Source: the human T2T-CHM13v2.0 reference genome, Homo sapiens. From it: a stretch of 64,000 nt of DNA. Below are positions 42,530 through 56,722 of the stretch, piece after piece (positions within the stretch are counted from its first letter, which is position 1; the number at the start of each line of letters is the position of its first letter). The stretch is from assembly GCA_009914755.4 (NCBI GenBank), contig CP086569.2:28384001-28448000 (forward strand), read 5' to 3'. A program made the position numbers and the translations under genes. The notes beneath the pieces are model-generated. The model was not told the origin of the DNA and ran no database searches. It saw only the letters and a list, made by a program, of their open reading frames with translations.

Positions 42530-45500
42530 ATGGAGTCAAATGGAATGGTCTGGAATGGAATGAACACGAATGTAATGCAATCCAATAGAATGGAATCGAA
42601 TCGCATGGAATATAAAGAAATGGAATCGAAGAGAATGGAAACAAACGGAATGGAATTGAATGGAATGGAATTGAATGGAATGGGAACGAATGGAGTGAAA
42701 TTGTATGCAGTAGAAGAGAATAGAATGGAATGCAAGCGAAAGGAAAGGAATGGATTGGAATGGAATGGAATTCATTGGAATGGAAGGGAATGTAGTGTAA
42801 TGGACAGGCCTGGAATAAAGTGGAATGCTACGGTCTCGAATGGAATAAAAATGTATGGAATGGAATGCAATGAAACGGAATCGAATGTCATAGAATGTAA
42901 TGGAATGCAAAAAAATGGACTCCAAAATCATTGACTGGAAAGGCTGGGGGTCGAAAGGAATTGACTCCAATGGAATGGAATCGAATGGAATGGAAGTGAA
43001 TAGAATCGAACTAAATCGAATGGAATGGAATTGATAGGAACGGAATGGAAAGGAATGAAATGATTTGGCATGGAATGGAATCGAATGGCATCGAATGGAA
43101 TGGAATGGAATGCAATGCAATGGAATGTATTAGAATGTAATGAACTTTAATGGAATGTACTCGAATGGATTCGACTGGAATGGAAAGTTCTGGAAGTGAA
43201 TGGACTCCAATGGAATGGATTCAAAAAGAATGGAATCGTACGGAATGGAATCTAATGGAATGGAATTAAATGGAAATGAATCAAATTGAATAGCACGGAA
43301 TTGAATTGAATGGAATCGAATGCAATGGAATCTAATGAAACGGAAAGGAAAGGAATGGAATGGAATGGAATGGGCTGGAATGGAAAGGAATCGAAACGAA
43401 TGGAATGGAATCGAACTGAGGAGACTGGAATGGAATGCAGTGGAATGGAAGGGAGTGTAATGGAAGGTTCTCGAAAAAAATGGAAACGAATGAAATGGAA
43501 TTGAATGGAACGGAATAGAGTCGAATGGAATTGAATGGAATGGAATGGACTAGAGTGAAATGGAATCGAACCACAAGGAATGGACAGGAACAGAATGGTC
43601 TCGAATTGAATGGAATAGTATGGAATGGCATCAAACGGAATGGAATGGACAGCCACGGAATGGAATACACTCGAATGCAATGGAGTCGAAACTAATGGAC
43701 TGGAATAGAATGGACTCGACTGGTACGGACTCCAATGGAATGGAATCGAATGGAAGGGAATCGAACGGAATGGACTCGAAGGGAAAAGACTGCAATGGAA
43801 AGGTCTCGAATGGAATGGAAATTAATGGAATGGAATGGAATCGAATGAAATGGAGTCAAAAGGAATGGAATCGAATGGCAAGAAATCGAATGTAATGGAA
43901 TCGCAAGGAATGGAAGTGAACGGAACGGAATGGAATGGAATCCAAAGGAATGGAATAGAATGGAATGGAATCGAATGGAAAGGACTCGAATGGAAATCAC
44001 TCGAATAGAATGCAATTTAATAAAATAGGATGAAATGTAATCGAATGGAATGGAAAGGAATCGAAACGAAAGGAATGGAGACAGATGGAATGGAATGGAA
44101 CAGAGAGCAATGGTATAGAATGGAATGGAATCATCTGGAATGGAATTGAATGGAATGGAATAATATGAAATGGAATGGAATGGAATGGAATGCCCTTGAA
44201 TTAAATGGACTGGAATGGAATGGACTCGAACAGAGTGGAATGGAAAGTGTTGAGATAGAATGGAATGGACTCGTTTGGAATGGTCTAGTATGCAATGCAA
44301 TCGACTGGCAGGGAATCAAAAGGAATGTAATCGAATGGATTGGACTGGAATGCAATGGACTCGAATAGTTTGGAAACGGAATGCAAAGGAATGGAATGGA
44401 ATAGTATGGAATGGAATGGAAAGGAATGGAGTGGAATAGACTAGAGTGGAATGGAATGGACTCGAAAGCAATGGACTGGAATGGAACTTTCTTGAATGGA
44501 CTGGAATCAAACGGAATGGAATGCAATGCAATCAAATGGCATGGAATAAAATAGAATGAAAGAGAATCAAATGGAATTGAATCGAATGGAATCGAATGGA
44601 TTGGAAAGGAATAGAATGGAATGGAATGGAATTGACTCAAATGGAATGGACTGGAATTGAATGGATTCGAATGGAAGGCAAAGGAATGGAATCTATTGGA
44701 ATGGACTGCAATGGAATGAAATGGAAGGGATTGGAATGGACTCGAATGGAATGGACAGCAATAGAAAGGATTCGCATGGAATGAAAAAGAATTGAATGGA
44801 ATAGAACAGAATGGAATCAAATCGAATGAAATGGAATGGAATAGAAAGGAATAGAATGAAATGGAATGGAAAGGATTCGAATGGAATGCAATCGAATGGA
44901 ATGGAATCGAACGGAATGGAATAAAATGGAAGCAAACTGGCAAGAAATGGAATCGAAATGAATGGAGTGTTATGGAACGGACTCAAAAGGAATTGAATGT
45001 AATAGAATGGAGTGGAGTGGACTCGAATATAATGGACTGGAATGGAATGAAATCACATGGAATGGGAACGAATGGAATGGAATGGAAAGGAATGGAATCG
45101 AATGGAAAGGAATCGAATGGAAGGGAATGAAATTGAATCAACAGGAATGGAAGGGAATAGAATAGACGGTAATGGAATGGACTCGAATAGAATGGACACG
45201 AATGCTCAAATTGAATGGACTCGAATGGAATGGAAACGAAAGGAATGTCATCGAATGGAATTGAATCGATTGGAATGAAATGGCATAGAATGGAGTGGAA
45301 TCAAATGCAATTGAATAGAAAGAAAGGAAGCGAATGGACTGAAATGAAATGGAATGGAATTGAATGGAAAGTAATGCAATGGAATAGAATGGAACGAAAT
45401 TTCACGGAATGGAATCAAACTGAATGGAATCAAATCAAGGGAATATAATCAAATGGAATGGAAAGGAATTGAATGGAGTAGATGGGATTGGATGGGATTG

Positions 45501-46097
45501 GAATGAAATGTACTGGAAAGGACTCGAATTTCATGAGACGGAATGGAATGAATTGGTACGGAATGGACTCGAATGGAATGGAATGTCATGGAATGGCATC
45601 AAATGGAATGGCATCAAATGGAATGGAATCGAATGCAATGGAATGCTATGGAATGGAATGGAATGCATTGGAATGGAATGTCCTCTAATGGAATGGATTC
45701 GAGTGGAATGGAACCGAATATAATGGAGTCGAATGAAATGGAATTGAAAGGAATGGGATCGAATACAATGGAATATACTGGAATGTAATGTAATGAACTC
45801 GAATGTAATTGACTGGAATGGAATGTACATGAATGGAATGTAATCGAATGGAAAGTAATCCAATGGAATAGAATCTAATGCAATAAAATCGACTCAGATA
45901 GAGTAGAATGTAATGGAATGGAGTGCAGTGCAATGGAATGGAATGGAATGGCATGCAATGGAATGGAATGGAATGGAATGGAATGGAATGGAATGGAATG
46001 GAATGGAATGGGATGGAATGGTATGGAATGGATAGTAATGGACTGGAGTGAAATGGACTGGAAAGGAATGGACTCAAATTGAAAGGGCTCGAAAGGA
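42530..46097. repeat. HOR copy 13 (3568 bp, the longest)
   Basis: Anchor ORF at 42530..42934. Its near-pure GGAAT tract at about 45.92–46.03 kb is expanded. Confidence 0.9.
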
Positions 46098-49000
46098 ATG
46101 GAGTCAAATGGAATGGTCTGGAATGGAATGAACACGAATGTAATGCAATCCAATAGAATGGAATCGAATGGCATGGAATATAAAGAAATGGAATCGAAGA
46201 GAATGGAAACATACGGAATGGAATTCAATGGAATGGAATTGAATGGAATGGGAACGAATGGAGTGAAATTGTATGCAGTAGAAGAGAACAGAATGGAATG
46301 CAAGCAAAAGGAAAGGAATGGATTGGAATGGAATGGAATTCATTGGAATGGAAGGGAATGTAGTGTAATGGACAGGCCTGGAATAAAGTGGAATGCTACG
46401 GTCTCGAATGGAATAAAAATGTATGGAATGGAATGCAATGAAACGGAATCGAATGTCATAGAATGGAATGGAATGCAAAAAAATGGAATCCAAAATCATT
46501 GACTGGAAAGGCTGGGTGTCGAAAGGAATTGACTCCAATGGAATGGAATCGAATGGAATGGAAGTGAATAGAATCGAATTAAATCGAATGTAATGGAATT
46601 GATAGGAACGGAATGGAAAGGAATGAAATGATTTGGCATGGAATGGAATCGAATGGCATCGAATGGAATGGAATGGAATGCAATGCAATGGAATGTATTA
46701 GAATGTAATGAACTTTAATGGAATGTACTCGAATGGATTCGACTGGAATGGAATGTTCTGGAAGTGAATGGACTCCAATGGAATGGATTGAAAAGGAATG
46801 GAATCGTACGGAATGGAATCTAATGGAATGGAATTAAATGGAAATGAATCAAATTGAATAGCACGGAATTGAATTGAATGGAATCGAATGCAATGGAATC
46901 TAATGAAACGGAAAGGAAAGGAATGGAATGGAATGGAATGGGCTTGAATGGAAAGGAATCGAAACGAATGGAATGGAATCGAACTGAAGAGACTGGAATG
47001 GAATGCACTGGAATGGAAGGGAGTGTAATGGAAGGTTCTCGAAAAAAATGGAAACGAATGCAATGGAATTGAATGGAACGGAATAGAGTCGAATGGAATT
47101 GAATGGAATGGAATGGACTAGAGTGAAATGGAATCGAACCACAAGGAATGGACAGGAATAGAATGGTCTCGAATTGAATGGAATCGTATGGAATGGCATC
47201 AAACGGAATGGAATGGACAGCCACGGAATGGAATGCACTCGAATGCAATGGAGTCGAAACTAATGGACTGGAATAGAATGGACTCGACTGGTACGGACTC
47301 CAATGGAATGGAATCGAATGGAAGGGAATCGAACGGAATGGACTCGAAGGGAAAAGACTGCAATGGAAAGGTCTCGAATGGAATGGAAATTAATGGAATG
47401 GAATGGAATCGAATGAAATGGAGTCAAAAGGAATGGAATCGAATGGCAAGAAATCGAATGTAATGGAATCGCAAGGAATTGATGTGAACGGAACGGAATG
47501 GAATGGAATCCAAAGGAATGGAATAGAATGGAATGGAATCGAATGGAAAGGACTCGAATGGAAATCACTCGAATAGAATGCAATTTAATAAAATAGGATG
47601 AAATGTAATGGAATGGAATGGAAAGGAATCGAAACGAAAGGAATGGAGACAGATGGAATTGAATGGAACAGAGAGCAATGGTATAGAATGGAATGGAATC
47701 ATCTGGAATGGAATTGAATAGAAGGGAATAATATGAAATGGAATGGAATGGAATGGGATGCCCTTGAATTAAATGGACTGGAATGGAATGGACTCGAACA
47801 GAGTGGAATGGAAAGTGTTGAGATAGAATGGAATGGACTCCTTTGGAATGGTCTAGTATGCAATGCAATCGACTGGCAGGGAATCAAAAGGAATGTAATC
47901 GAATGGATTGGACTGGAATGCAATGGACTCGAATAGATTGGAAACGGAATGCAAAGGAATGGAATGGAATAGTATGGAATGGAATGGAAAGGAATGGAGT
48001 GGAATAGACTAGAGTGGAATGGAATGGACTCGAAAGCAATGGACTGGAATGGAACTTTCTTGAATGGACTGGAATCAAACGGAATGGAATGCAATGCAAT
48101 CAAATGGCATGGAATAAAATAGAATGAAAGAGAATCAAATGGAATTGAATCGAATGGAATCGAATGGATTGGAAAGGAATAGAATGGAATGGAATGGAAT
48201 TGACTCAAATGGAATGGATTCGAATGGAAGGCAAAGGAATGGAATCTATTGGAATGGACTGCAATGGAATGGAAAGGAAGGGATTGGAATGGACTCGAAT
48301 GGAATGGACTGCAATAGAAAGGATTCGAATGGAATGAAAAAGAATTGAATGGAATAGGACAGAATGGAATCAAATCGAATGAAATGGAATGGAATAGAAA
48401 GGAATGGAATGAAATTGAATGGAAAGGATTCGAATGGAATGCAATCGAATGGAATGGAATCGAACGGAATGGAATAAAATGGAAGCAAACTGGCAAGAAA
48501 TGGAATCGAAATGAATGGAATGTTATGGAACGGACTAAAAAGGAATTGAATGTAATAGAAGGGAGTGGAGTGGACTCGAATATAATGGACTGGAATGGAA
48601 TGAAATCACATGGAATGGGAACGAATGGAATGGAATGGAAAGGAATGGAATCGAATGGAAAGGAATCGAATGGAAGGGAATGAAATTGAATCAACAGGAA
48701 TGGAAAGGAATAGAATAGACGGTAATGGAATGGAATCGAATAGAATGGACACGAATGCTCAAATTGAATGGACTCGAATGGAATGGAAACGAAAGGAATG
48801 TCATCGAATGGAATTGAATCGATTGGAATGAAATGGCATAGAATGGAGTGGAATCAAATGGAATTGAATCGAAAGGAAAGGAAGCGAATGGAGTGAAATG
48901 AAATGGAATGGAATTGAATGGAAAGTAATGCAATGGAATAGAATGGAACGAAATTTCACGGAATGGAATCAAACTGAATGGAATCAAATCAATGGAATAT

Positions 49001-49631
49001 AATCAAATGGAATGGAAAGGAATTGAATGGAGTAGATGGGATTGGATGGGATTGGAATGAAATGTACTAGAAAGGACTCGAATTTCATGAAACGGAATGG
49101 AATGAATTGGAACGGAATGGACTCGAATGGAATGGAATGTCATGGAATGGCATCAAATGGAATGGCATCAAATGGAATGGAATCGAATGCAATGGAATGC
49201 TATGGAATGGAACGGAATGCATTGGAATGGAATGTCCTCTAATGGAATGGATTCGAGTGGAATGGAATCGAATATAATGGAGTCGAATGAAATGGAATTG
49301 AAAGGAATGGGATCGAATACAATGGAATATACTGGAATGTAATGTAATGAGCTCGAATGTAATTGAATGGAATGGAATGTACATGGATGGAATGTAATCG
49401 AATGGAAAGTAATCCAATGGAATAGAATCTAATGCAATAAAATCGACTCAGATAGAGTAGAATGTAATGGAATGGAGTGCAGTGCAATGGAATGGAATGG
49501 AATGGAATGCAATGGAATGGAATGGAATGGAATATAATGGAATGGGATGGAATGGTATGGAATGGATAGTAATGGACTGGAGTGAAATGGACTGGAAAGG
49601 AATGGACTCAAATTGAAAGGGCTCGAAAGGA
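46098..49631. repeat. HOR copy 14 (3534 bp); 15-bp-deletion subtype
   Basis: Anchor ORF at 46098..46502 (METYGMEFNG, KQKERNG). The 15-bp deletion is at about 48.21 kb. It shares the KKWKRMQWN variant and the MHSFPFFSRTFHY minus-strand ORF with copy 18. Confidence 0.9.
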
Positions 49632-52600
49632 ATGGAGTCAAATGGAATGGTCTGGAATGGAATGAACACGAATGTAGTGCAATCCAATAGAATTGAATCG
49701 AATGGCATGGAATATAAAGAAATGGAATCGAAGAGAATGGAAACAAACGGAATGGAATTGAATGGAATGGAATTGAATGGAATGGGAACGAATGGAGTGA
49801 AATTGTATGCAGTAGAAGAGAATAAAATGGAATGCAAGCGAAAGGAAAGGAATGGATTGGAATGGAATGGAATTCATTGGAATGGAAGGGAATGTAGTTT
49901 AATGGACAGGCCTGGAATAAAGTGGAATGCTACGGTCTCGAATAGAATAAAAATGTATGGAGTGGAATGCAATGAAACGGAATCGAATGTCATAGAATGT
50001 AATGGAATGCAAAAAAATGGAATCCAAAATCATTGACTGGAAAGGCTGGGTGTCGAAAGGAATTGACTCCAATGGAATGGAATCGAATGGAATGGAAGTG
50101 AATATAATCGAGCTAAATCGAATGGAATGGAATTGATAGGAACGGAATGGAAAGGAATGAAATGATTTGGCATGGAATGGAATCGAATGAAATCGAATGG
50201 AATGGAATGGAATGCAATGCAACGGAATGTATTAGAATGTAATGAACTTTAATGGAATGTACTCGAATGGATTCGACTGGAATGGAATGTTCTGGAAGTG
50301 AATGGACTCCAATGGAATGGATTGAAAAGGAATGGAATAGTACGGAATGGAATCTAATGGAATGGAATTAAATGGAAATGAATCAAATTGAATAGCACGG
50401 AATTGAATTGAATGGAATCGAATGCAATGGAATCTAATGAAACGGAAAGGAAAGGAATGGAATGGAATGGAATGGGCTGGAATGGAAAGGAATCGAAACG
50501 AATGGAATGGAATCTAACTGAGGAGACTGGAATGGAATGCACTGGAATGGAAGGGAGTGTAATGGAAGGTTCACGAAAAAAATGGAAACGAATGGAATGG
50601 AATTGAATGGAACGTAATAGAGTCGAATGGAATTGAATGGAATGGAATGGACTAGAGTGAAATGGAATCGAACCACAAAAAATGGACAGGAATAGAATGG
50701 TCTCGAATTGAATGGAATAGTATGGAATGGCATCAAACGGAATGGAATGGACAGCCACGGAATGGAATACACTCGAATGCAATGGAGTCGAAACTAATGG
50801 ACTGGAATAGAATGGACTCGACTGGTACGGACTCCAATGGAATGGAATCGAATGGAAGGGAATCGAACGGAATGGACTCGAAGGGAAAAGACTGCAATGG
50901 AAAGGTCTCGAATGGAATGGAAATTAATGGAATGGAATGGAATCGAATGAAATGGAGTCAAAAGGAATGGAATCGAATGGCAAGAAATCGAATGTAATGG
51001 AATCGCAAGGAATGGATGTGAACGGAACGGAATGGAATGGAATCCAAAGAAATGGAATAGAATGGAATGGAATCGAATGGAAAGGACTCGAATGGAAATC
51101 ACTCGAATAGAATGCAATTTAATAAAATAGGATGAAATGTAATGGAATGGAATGGAAAGGAATCGAAACGAAAGGAATGGAGACAGATGGAATGGAATGG
51201 AACAGAGAGCAATGGTATAGAATGGAATGGAATCATCTGGAATGGAATTGAATGGAATGGAATAATATGAAATGGAATGGAATGGAATGGAATGCCCTTG
51301 AATTAAATGGACTGGAATGGAATGGACTCGAACAGAGTGGAATGGAAAGTGTTGAGATAGAATGGAATGGACTCGTTTGGAATGGTCTAGTATGCAATGC
51401 AATCGACTGGCAGGGAATCAAAAGGAATGTAATCGAATGGATTAGACTGGAATGCAATGGACTCGAATAGATTGGAAACGGAATGCAAAGGAATGGAATG
51501 GAATAGTATGGAATGGAATGGAAAGGAATGGAGTGGAATAGACTAGAGTGGAATGGAATGGACTCGAAAGCAATGGACTGGAATGGAACTTTCTTGAATG
51601 GACTGGAATCAAACGGAATGGAATGCAATGCAATCAAATGGCATGGAATAAAATAGAATGAAAGAGAATCAAATGGAATTGAATCGAATGGAATCGAATG
51701 GATTGGAAAGGAATAGAATGGAATGGAATGGAATTGACTCAAATGGAATGGACTAGAATGGAATGGATTCGAATGGAAGGCAAAGGAATGGAATCTATTG
51801 GAATGGACTGCAATGGAATGGAATGGAAGGGATTGGAATGTACTCTAATGGAATGGACTGCAATAGAAAGGATTCGAATGGAATGAAAAAGAATTGAATG
51901 GAATAGAACAGAATGGAATCAAATCGAATGAAATGGAATGGAATAGAAAGGAATGGAATGAAATGGAATGGAAAGGATTCGAATGGAATGCAATCGAATG
52001 GAATGGAATCAAACGGAATGGAATAAAATGGAAGCAAACTGGCAAGAAATGGAATCGAAATGAATGGAGTGTTATGGAACGGACTCAAAAGGAATTGAAT
52101 GTAATAGAATGGAGTGGAGTGGATTCGAATATAATGGACTGGAATGGAATGAAATCACATGGAATGGGAACGAATGGAATGGAATGGAAAGGAATGGAAT
52201 CGAATGGAAAGGAATCGAATGGAAGGGAATGAAATTGAATCAACAGGAATGGAAGGGAATAGAATAGACGGTAATGGAATGGACTCGAATAGAATGGACA
52301 CGAATGCTCAAATTGAATGGACTCGAATGGAATGGAAACGAAAGGAATGTCATCGAATGGAATTGAATCGATTGGAATGAAATGGCATAGAATGGAGTGG
52401 AATCAAATGGAATTGAATCGAAAGGAAAGGAAGCGAATGGACTGAAATGAAATGGAATGGAATTGAATGGAAAGTAATGCAATGGAATAGAATGGAACGA
52501 AATTTCACGGAATGGAATCAAACTGAATGGAATCAAATCAATGGAATATAATCAAATGGAATGGAAAGGAATTGAATGGAGTAGATGGGATTGGATGGGA

Positions 52601-53194
52601 TTGGAATGAAATGTACTGGAAAGGACTCGAATTTTATGAAACGGAATGGAAAGAATTGGAACGGAATGGACTCGAATGGAATGGAATGTCATGGAATGGC
52701 ATCAAATGGAATGGCATCAAATGGAATGGAATCGAATGCAATGGAATGCTATGGAATGGAACGGAATGCATTGGAATGGAATGTCCTCTAATGGAAAGGA
52801 TTCGAGTGGAATGGAACCGAATATAATGGAGTCGAATGAAATGGAATTGAAAGGAATGGGATCGAATACAATGGAATATACTGGAATGTAATGTAATGAA
52901 CTCGAATGTAATTGACTGGAATGGAATGTACATGAATGGAATGTAATCCAATGGAAATTAATCCAATGGAATAGAATCTAATGCAATAAAATCTACTCAG
53001 ATAGAGTAGAATGTAATGGAATGGAGTGCAGTGCAGTGGAATGGAATGGAATGGAATGCAATGGAATGGAATGGAATGGAATGGAATGGAATGGAATGGA
53101 ATGGAATGGGATGGAATGGTATGGAATGGATAGTAATGGACTGGAGTGAAATGGACTGGAAAGGAATGGACTCAAATTGAAAGGGCTCGAAAGA
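49632..53194. repeat. HOR copy 15 (3563 bp)
   Basis: Anchor ORF at 49632..50036 (NVVQSNRIESNG, NKMECK). Confidence 0.9.
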
Positions 53195-56100
53195 ATGGAG
53201 TCAAATGGAATGGTCTGGAATGGAATGAACACGAATTTAATGCAATCCAATAGAATGGAATCGAATGGCATGGAATATAAAGAAATGGAATCGAAGAGAA
53301 TGGAAACAAACGGTATGGAATTCAATGGAATGGAATTGAATGGAATGGGAACGAATGGAGTGAAATTGTATGCAGTAGAACAGAATAGAATGGAATGCAA
53401 GCGAAAGGAAAGGAATGGATTGGAATGGAATGGAATTCATTGGAAAGGAAGGGAATGTAGTGTAATGGACAGGCCTGGAATAAAGTGGAATGCTACGGTC
53501 TCGAATGGAATACAAATGTATGGAATGGAATGCAATGAAACGGAATCGAATGTCATAGAATGTAATGGAATGCAAAAAAATGGAATCCAAAATCATTGAC
53601 TGGAAAGGCTGGGTGTCGAAAGGAATTGACTCCAATGGAATGGAATCGAATGGAATGGAAGTGAATAGAATCGAACTAAATCGAATGGAATGGAATTGAT
53701 AGGAACGGAATGGAAAGGAATGCAATGATTTGGCATGGAATGCAATCGAATGGCATCGAATGGAATGGAATAGAATGTATTAGAATGTAATGAACTTTAG
53801 TGGAATGTACTCGAATGGATTCGACTGGAATGGAATGTTCTGGAAGTGAATGGACTCCAATGGAATGGATTCAAAAGGAATGGAATCGTACGGAATGGAA
53901 TCTAATGGAATGGAATTAAATGGAAATGAATCAAATTGAATAGCACGGAATGAATTGAATGGAATCGAATGCAATGGAATCTAATGAAACGGAAAGGAAA
54001 GGAATGGAATGGAATGGAATGGGCTGGAATGGAAAGGAATCGAAACGAATGGAATGGAATCGAACTGAAGAGACTGGAATGGAATGCACTGGAATGGAAG
54101 GGAGTGTAATGGAAGGTTCTCGAAAAAAATGGAATCGAATGGAATGGAATTGAATGGAACGGAATAGAGTCGAATGGAATTGAATGGAATGGAATGGACT
54201 AGAGTGAAATGGAATCGAATCACAAGGAATGGACAGGAATAGAATGGTCTCGAATTGAATGGAATCGTATGGAATGGCATCAAACGGAATGGAATTGACA
54301 GCCACGGAATGGAATGCACTAGAATGCAATGGAGTCGAAACTAATGGACTGGAATAAAATGGACTCGACTGGTACGGACTCCAATGGAATGGAATCGAAT
54401 GGAAGGGAATCGAACGGAATGGACTCGAAGGGAAAAGACTGCAATGGAAATGTCTCGAATGGAATGGAAATTAATGGAATGGAATGGAATCGAATGAAAT
54501 GGAGTCAAAAGGAATGGAATCGAATGGCAAGAAATCGAATGTAATGGAATCGCAAGGAATTGATGTGAACGGAACGGAATGGAATGGAATCCAAAGGAAT
54601 GGAATAGAATGTAATGGAATCGAATGGAAAGTACTCGAATGGAAATCATTCGAATAGAATGCAATTTAATAAAATAGGATGAAATGTAATGGAATTGAAT
54701 GGAAAGGAATCGAAACGAAAGGAATGGAGACAGATGGAATGGAATGGAACAGGTAGCAATGGTATAGAATGGAATGGAATCATCTGGAATGGAATTGAAT
54801 GGAATGGAATAATATGAAATGGAAAGGAATGGAATGGAATGCCCTTGAATTAAATGGACTGGAATGGAATGGACTTAAACAGAGTGGAATGGAAAGTGTT
54901 GAGATAGAATGGAATGGACTCCTTTGGAATGGTCTAGTATGCAATGCAATCGACTGGCAGGGAATCAAAAGGAATGTAATCGAATGGATTGGACTGGAAT
55001 GCAATGGACTCGAATAGATTGGAAACGGAATGCAAAGGAATGGAATGGAATAGTATGGAATGGAATGGAAAGGAATGGAGTGGAATAGACTAGAGTGGAA
55101 TGGAATGGACTCGAAAGCAATGGACTGGAATGGAACTTTCTTGAATGGACTGGAATCAAACGGAATGGAATGCAATGCTATCAAATGGCATGGAATAAAA
55201 TAGAATGAAAGAGAATCAAATGGAATTCAATCGAATGGAATCGAAAGGATTGGAAAGGAATAGAATGGAATGGAATGGAATTGACTCAAATGGAATGGAC
55301 TAGAATGGAATGGATTCGAATGGAAGGCAAAGGAATGGAATCTATTGGAATGGACTGCAATGGAATGGAATGGAAGGGATTGGAATGGACTCGAATGGAA
55401 TGGACTGCCATAGAAAGGATTCGAATGGAATGAAAAAGAATTGAATGGAATAGAACAGAATGGAATCAAATCGAATGAAATGGAATGGAATAGAAAGGAA
55501 TGGAATGAAATGGAATGGAAAGGATTCGAATGGAATGCAATCGAATGGAATGCAATCGAACGGAATGGAATAAAATGGAAGCAAACTGGCAAGAAATGGA
55601 ATCGAAATGAATGGAGTGTTATGGAACGGACTCAAAAGGAATTGAATGTAATAGAATGGAGTGGAGTGGACTCGAATATAATGGACTGGAATGGAATGAA
55701 ATCACATGGAATGGGAACGAATGGAATGGAATGGAAAGGAATGGAATCGAATGGAAAGGAATCGAATGGAAGGGAATGAAATTGAATCAACAGGAATGGA
55801 AGGGAATAGAATAGACGGTAATGGAATGGACTCGAATAGAATGGACACGAATGCTCAAATTGAATGGACTCGAATGGAATGGAAACGAAAGGAATGTCAT
55901 CGAATGGAATTGAATCGATTGGAATGAAATCGCATAGAATGGAGTGGAATCAAATGGAATTGAATCGAAAGGAAAGGAAGCGAATGGACTGAAATGAAAT
56001 GGAATGGAATTGAATGGAAAGTAAAGCAATGGAATAGAATGGAACGAAATTTCACGGAATGGAATCAAACTGAATGGAATCAAATCAATGGAATATAATC

Positions 56101-56722
56101 AAATGGAATGGAAAGGAATTGAATGGAGTAGATGGGATTGGATGGGATTGGAATGAAATGTACTGGAAAGGACTCGAATTTCATGAAACGGAATGGAATG
56201 AATTGGAACGGAATGTACTCGAATGGAATGGAATGTCATGGAATGGCATCAAATGGAATGGAATCGAATGCAATGGAATGCTATGGAATGGAATGGAATG
56301 CATTGGAATGGAACGTCCTCTAATGGAATGGATTCGAGTGGAATTGAATCGAATATAATGCAGTCGAATGGAATGGAATTGAAAGGAATGGGATCGAATA
56401 CAATGGAATATACTGGAATGTAATGTAATGAACTCGAATGTAATTGACTGGAATGGAATGTACATGAATGGAATGTAATCGAATGGAAAGTAATCCAATG
56501 GAATAGAATCTAATGCAAGAAAATCGACTCAGATAGAGTAGAATGAAATGGAATGGAGTGCAGTGCAATGGAATGGAATGGAATGGAATGCAATGGAATG
56601 GAATGGAATGGAATGGAATGGAATGGAATGGAATGGGATGGAATGGTATGGAATGGATAGTAATGGACTGGAGTGAAATGGACTGGAAAGGAATGGACTC
56701 AAATTGAAAGGGCTCGAAAGGA
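53195..56722. repeat. HOR copy 16 (3528 bp)
   Basis: Anchor ATG at 53195 lies inside ORF 53177..53599. A 1-bp deletion (ctcgaaagaatgg) removes the upstream stop. Small deletions are present near 53.77 kb and 53.95 kb. Confidence 0.9.
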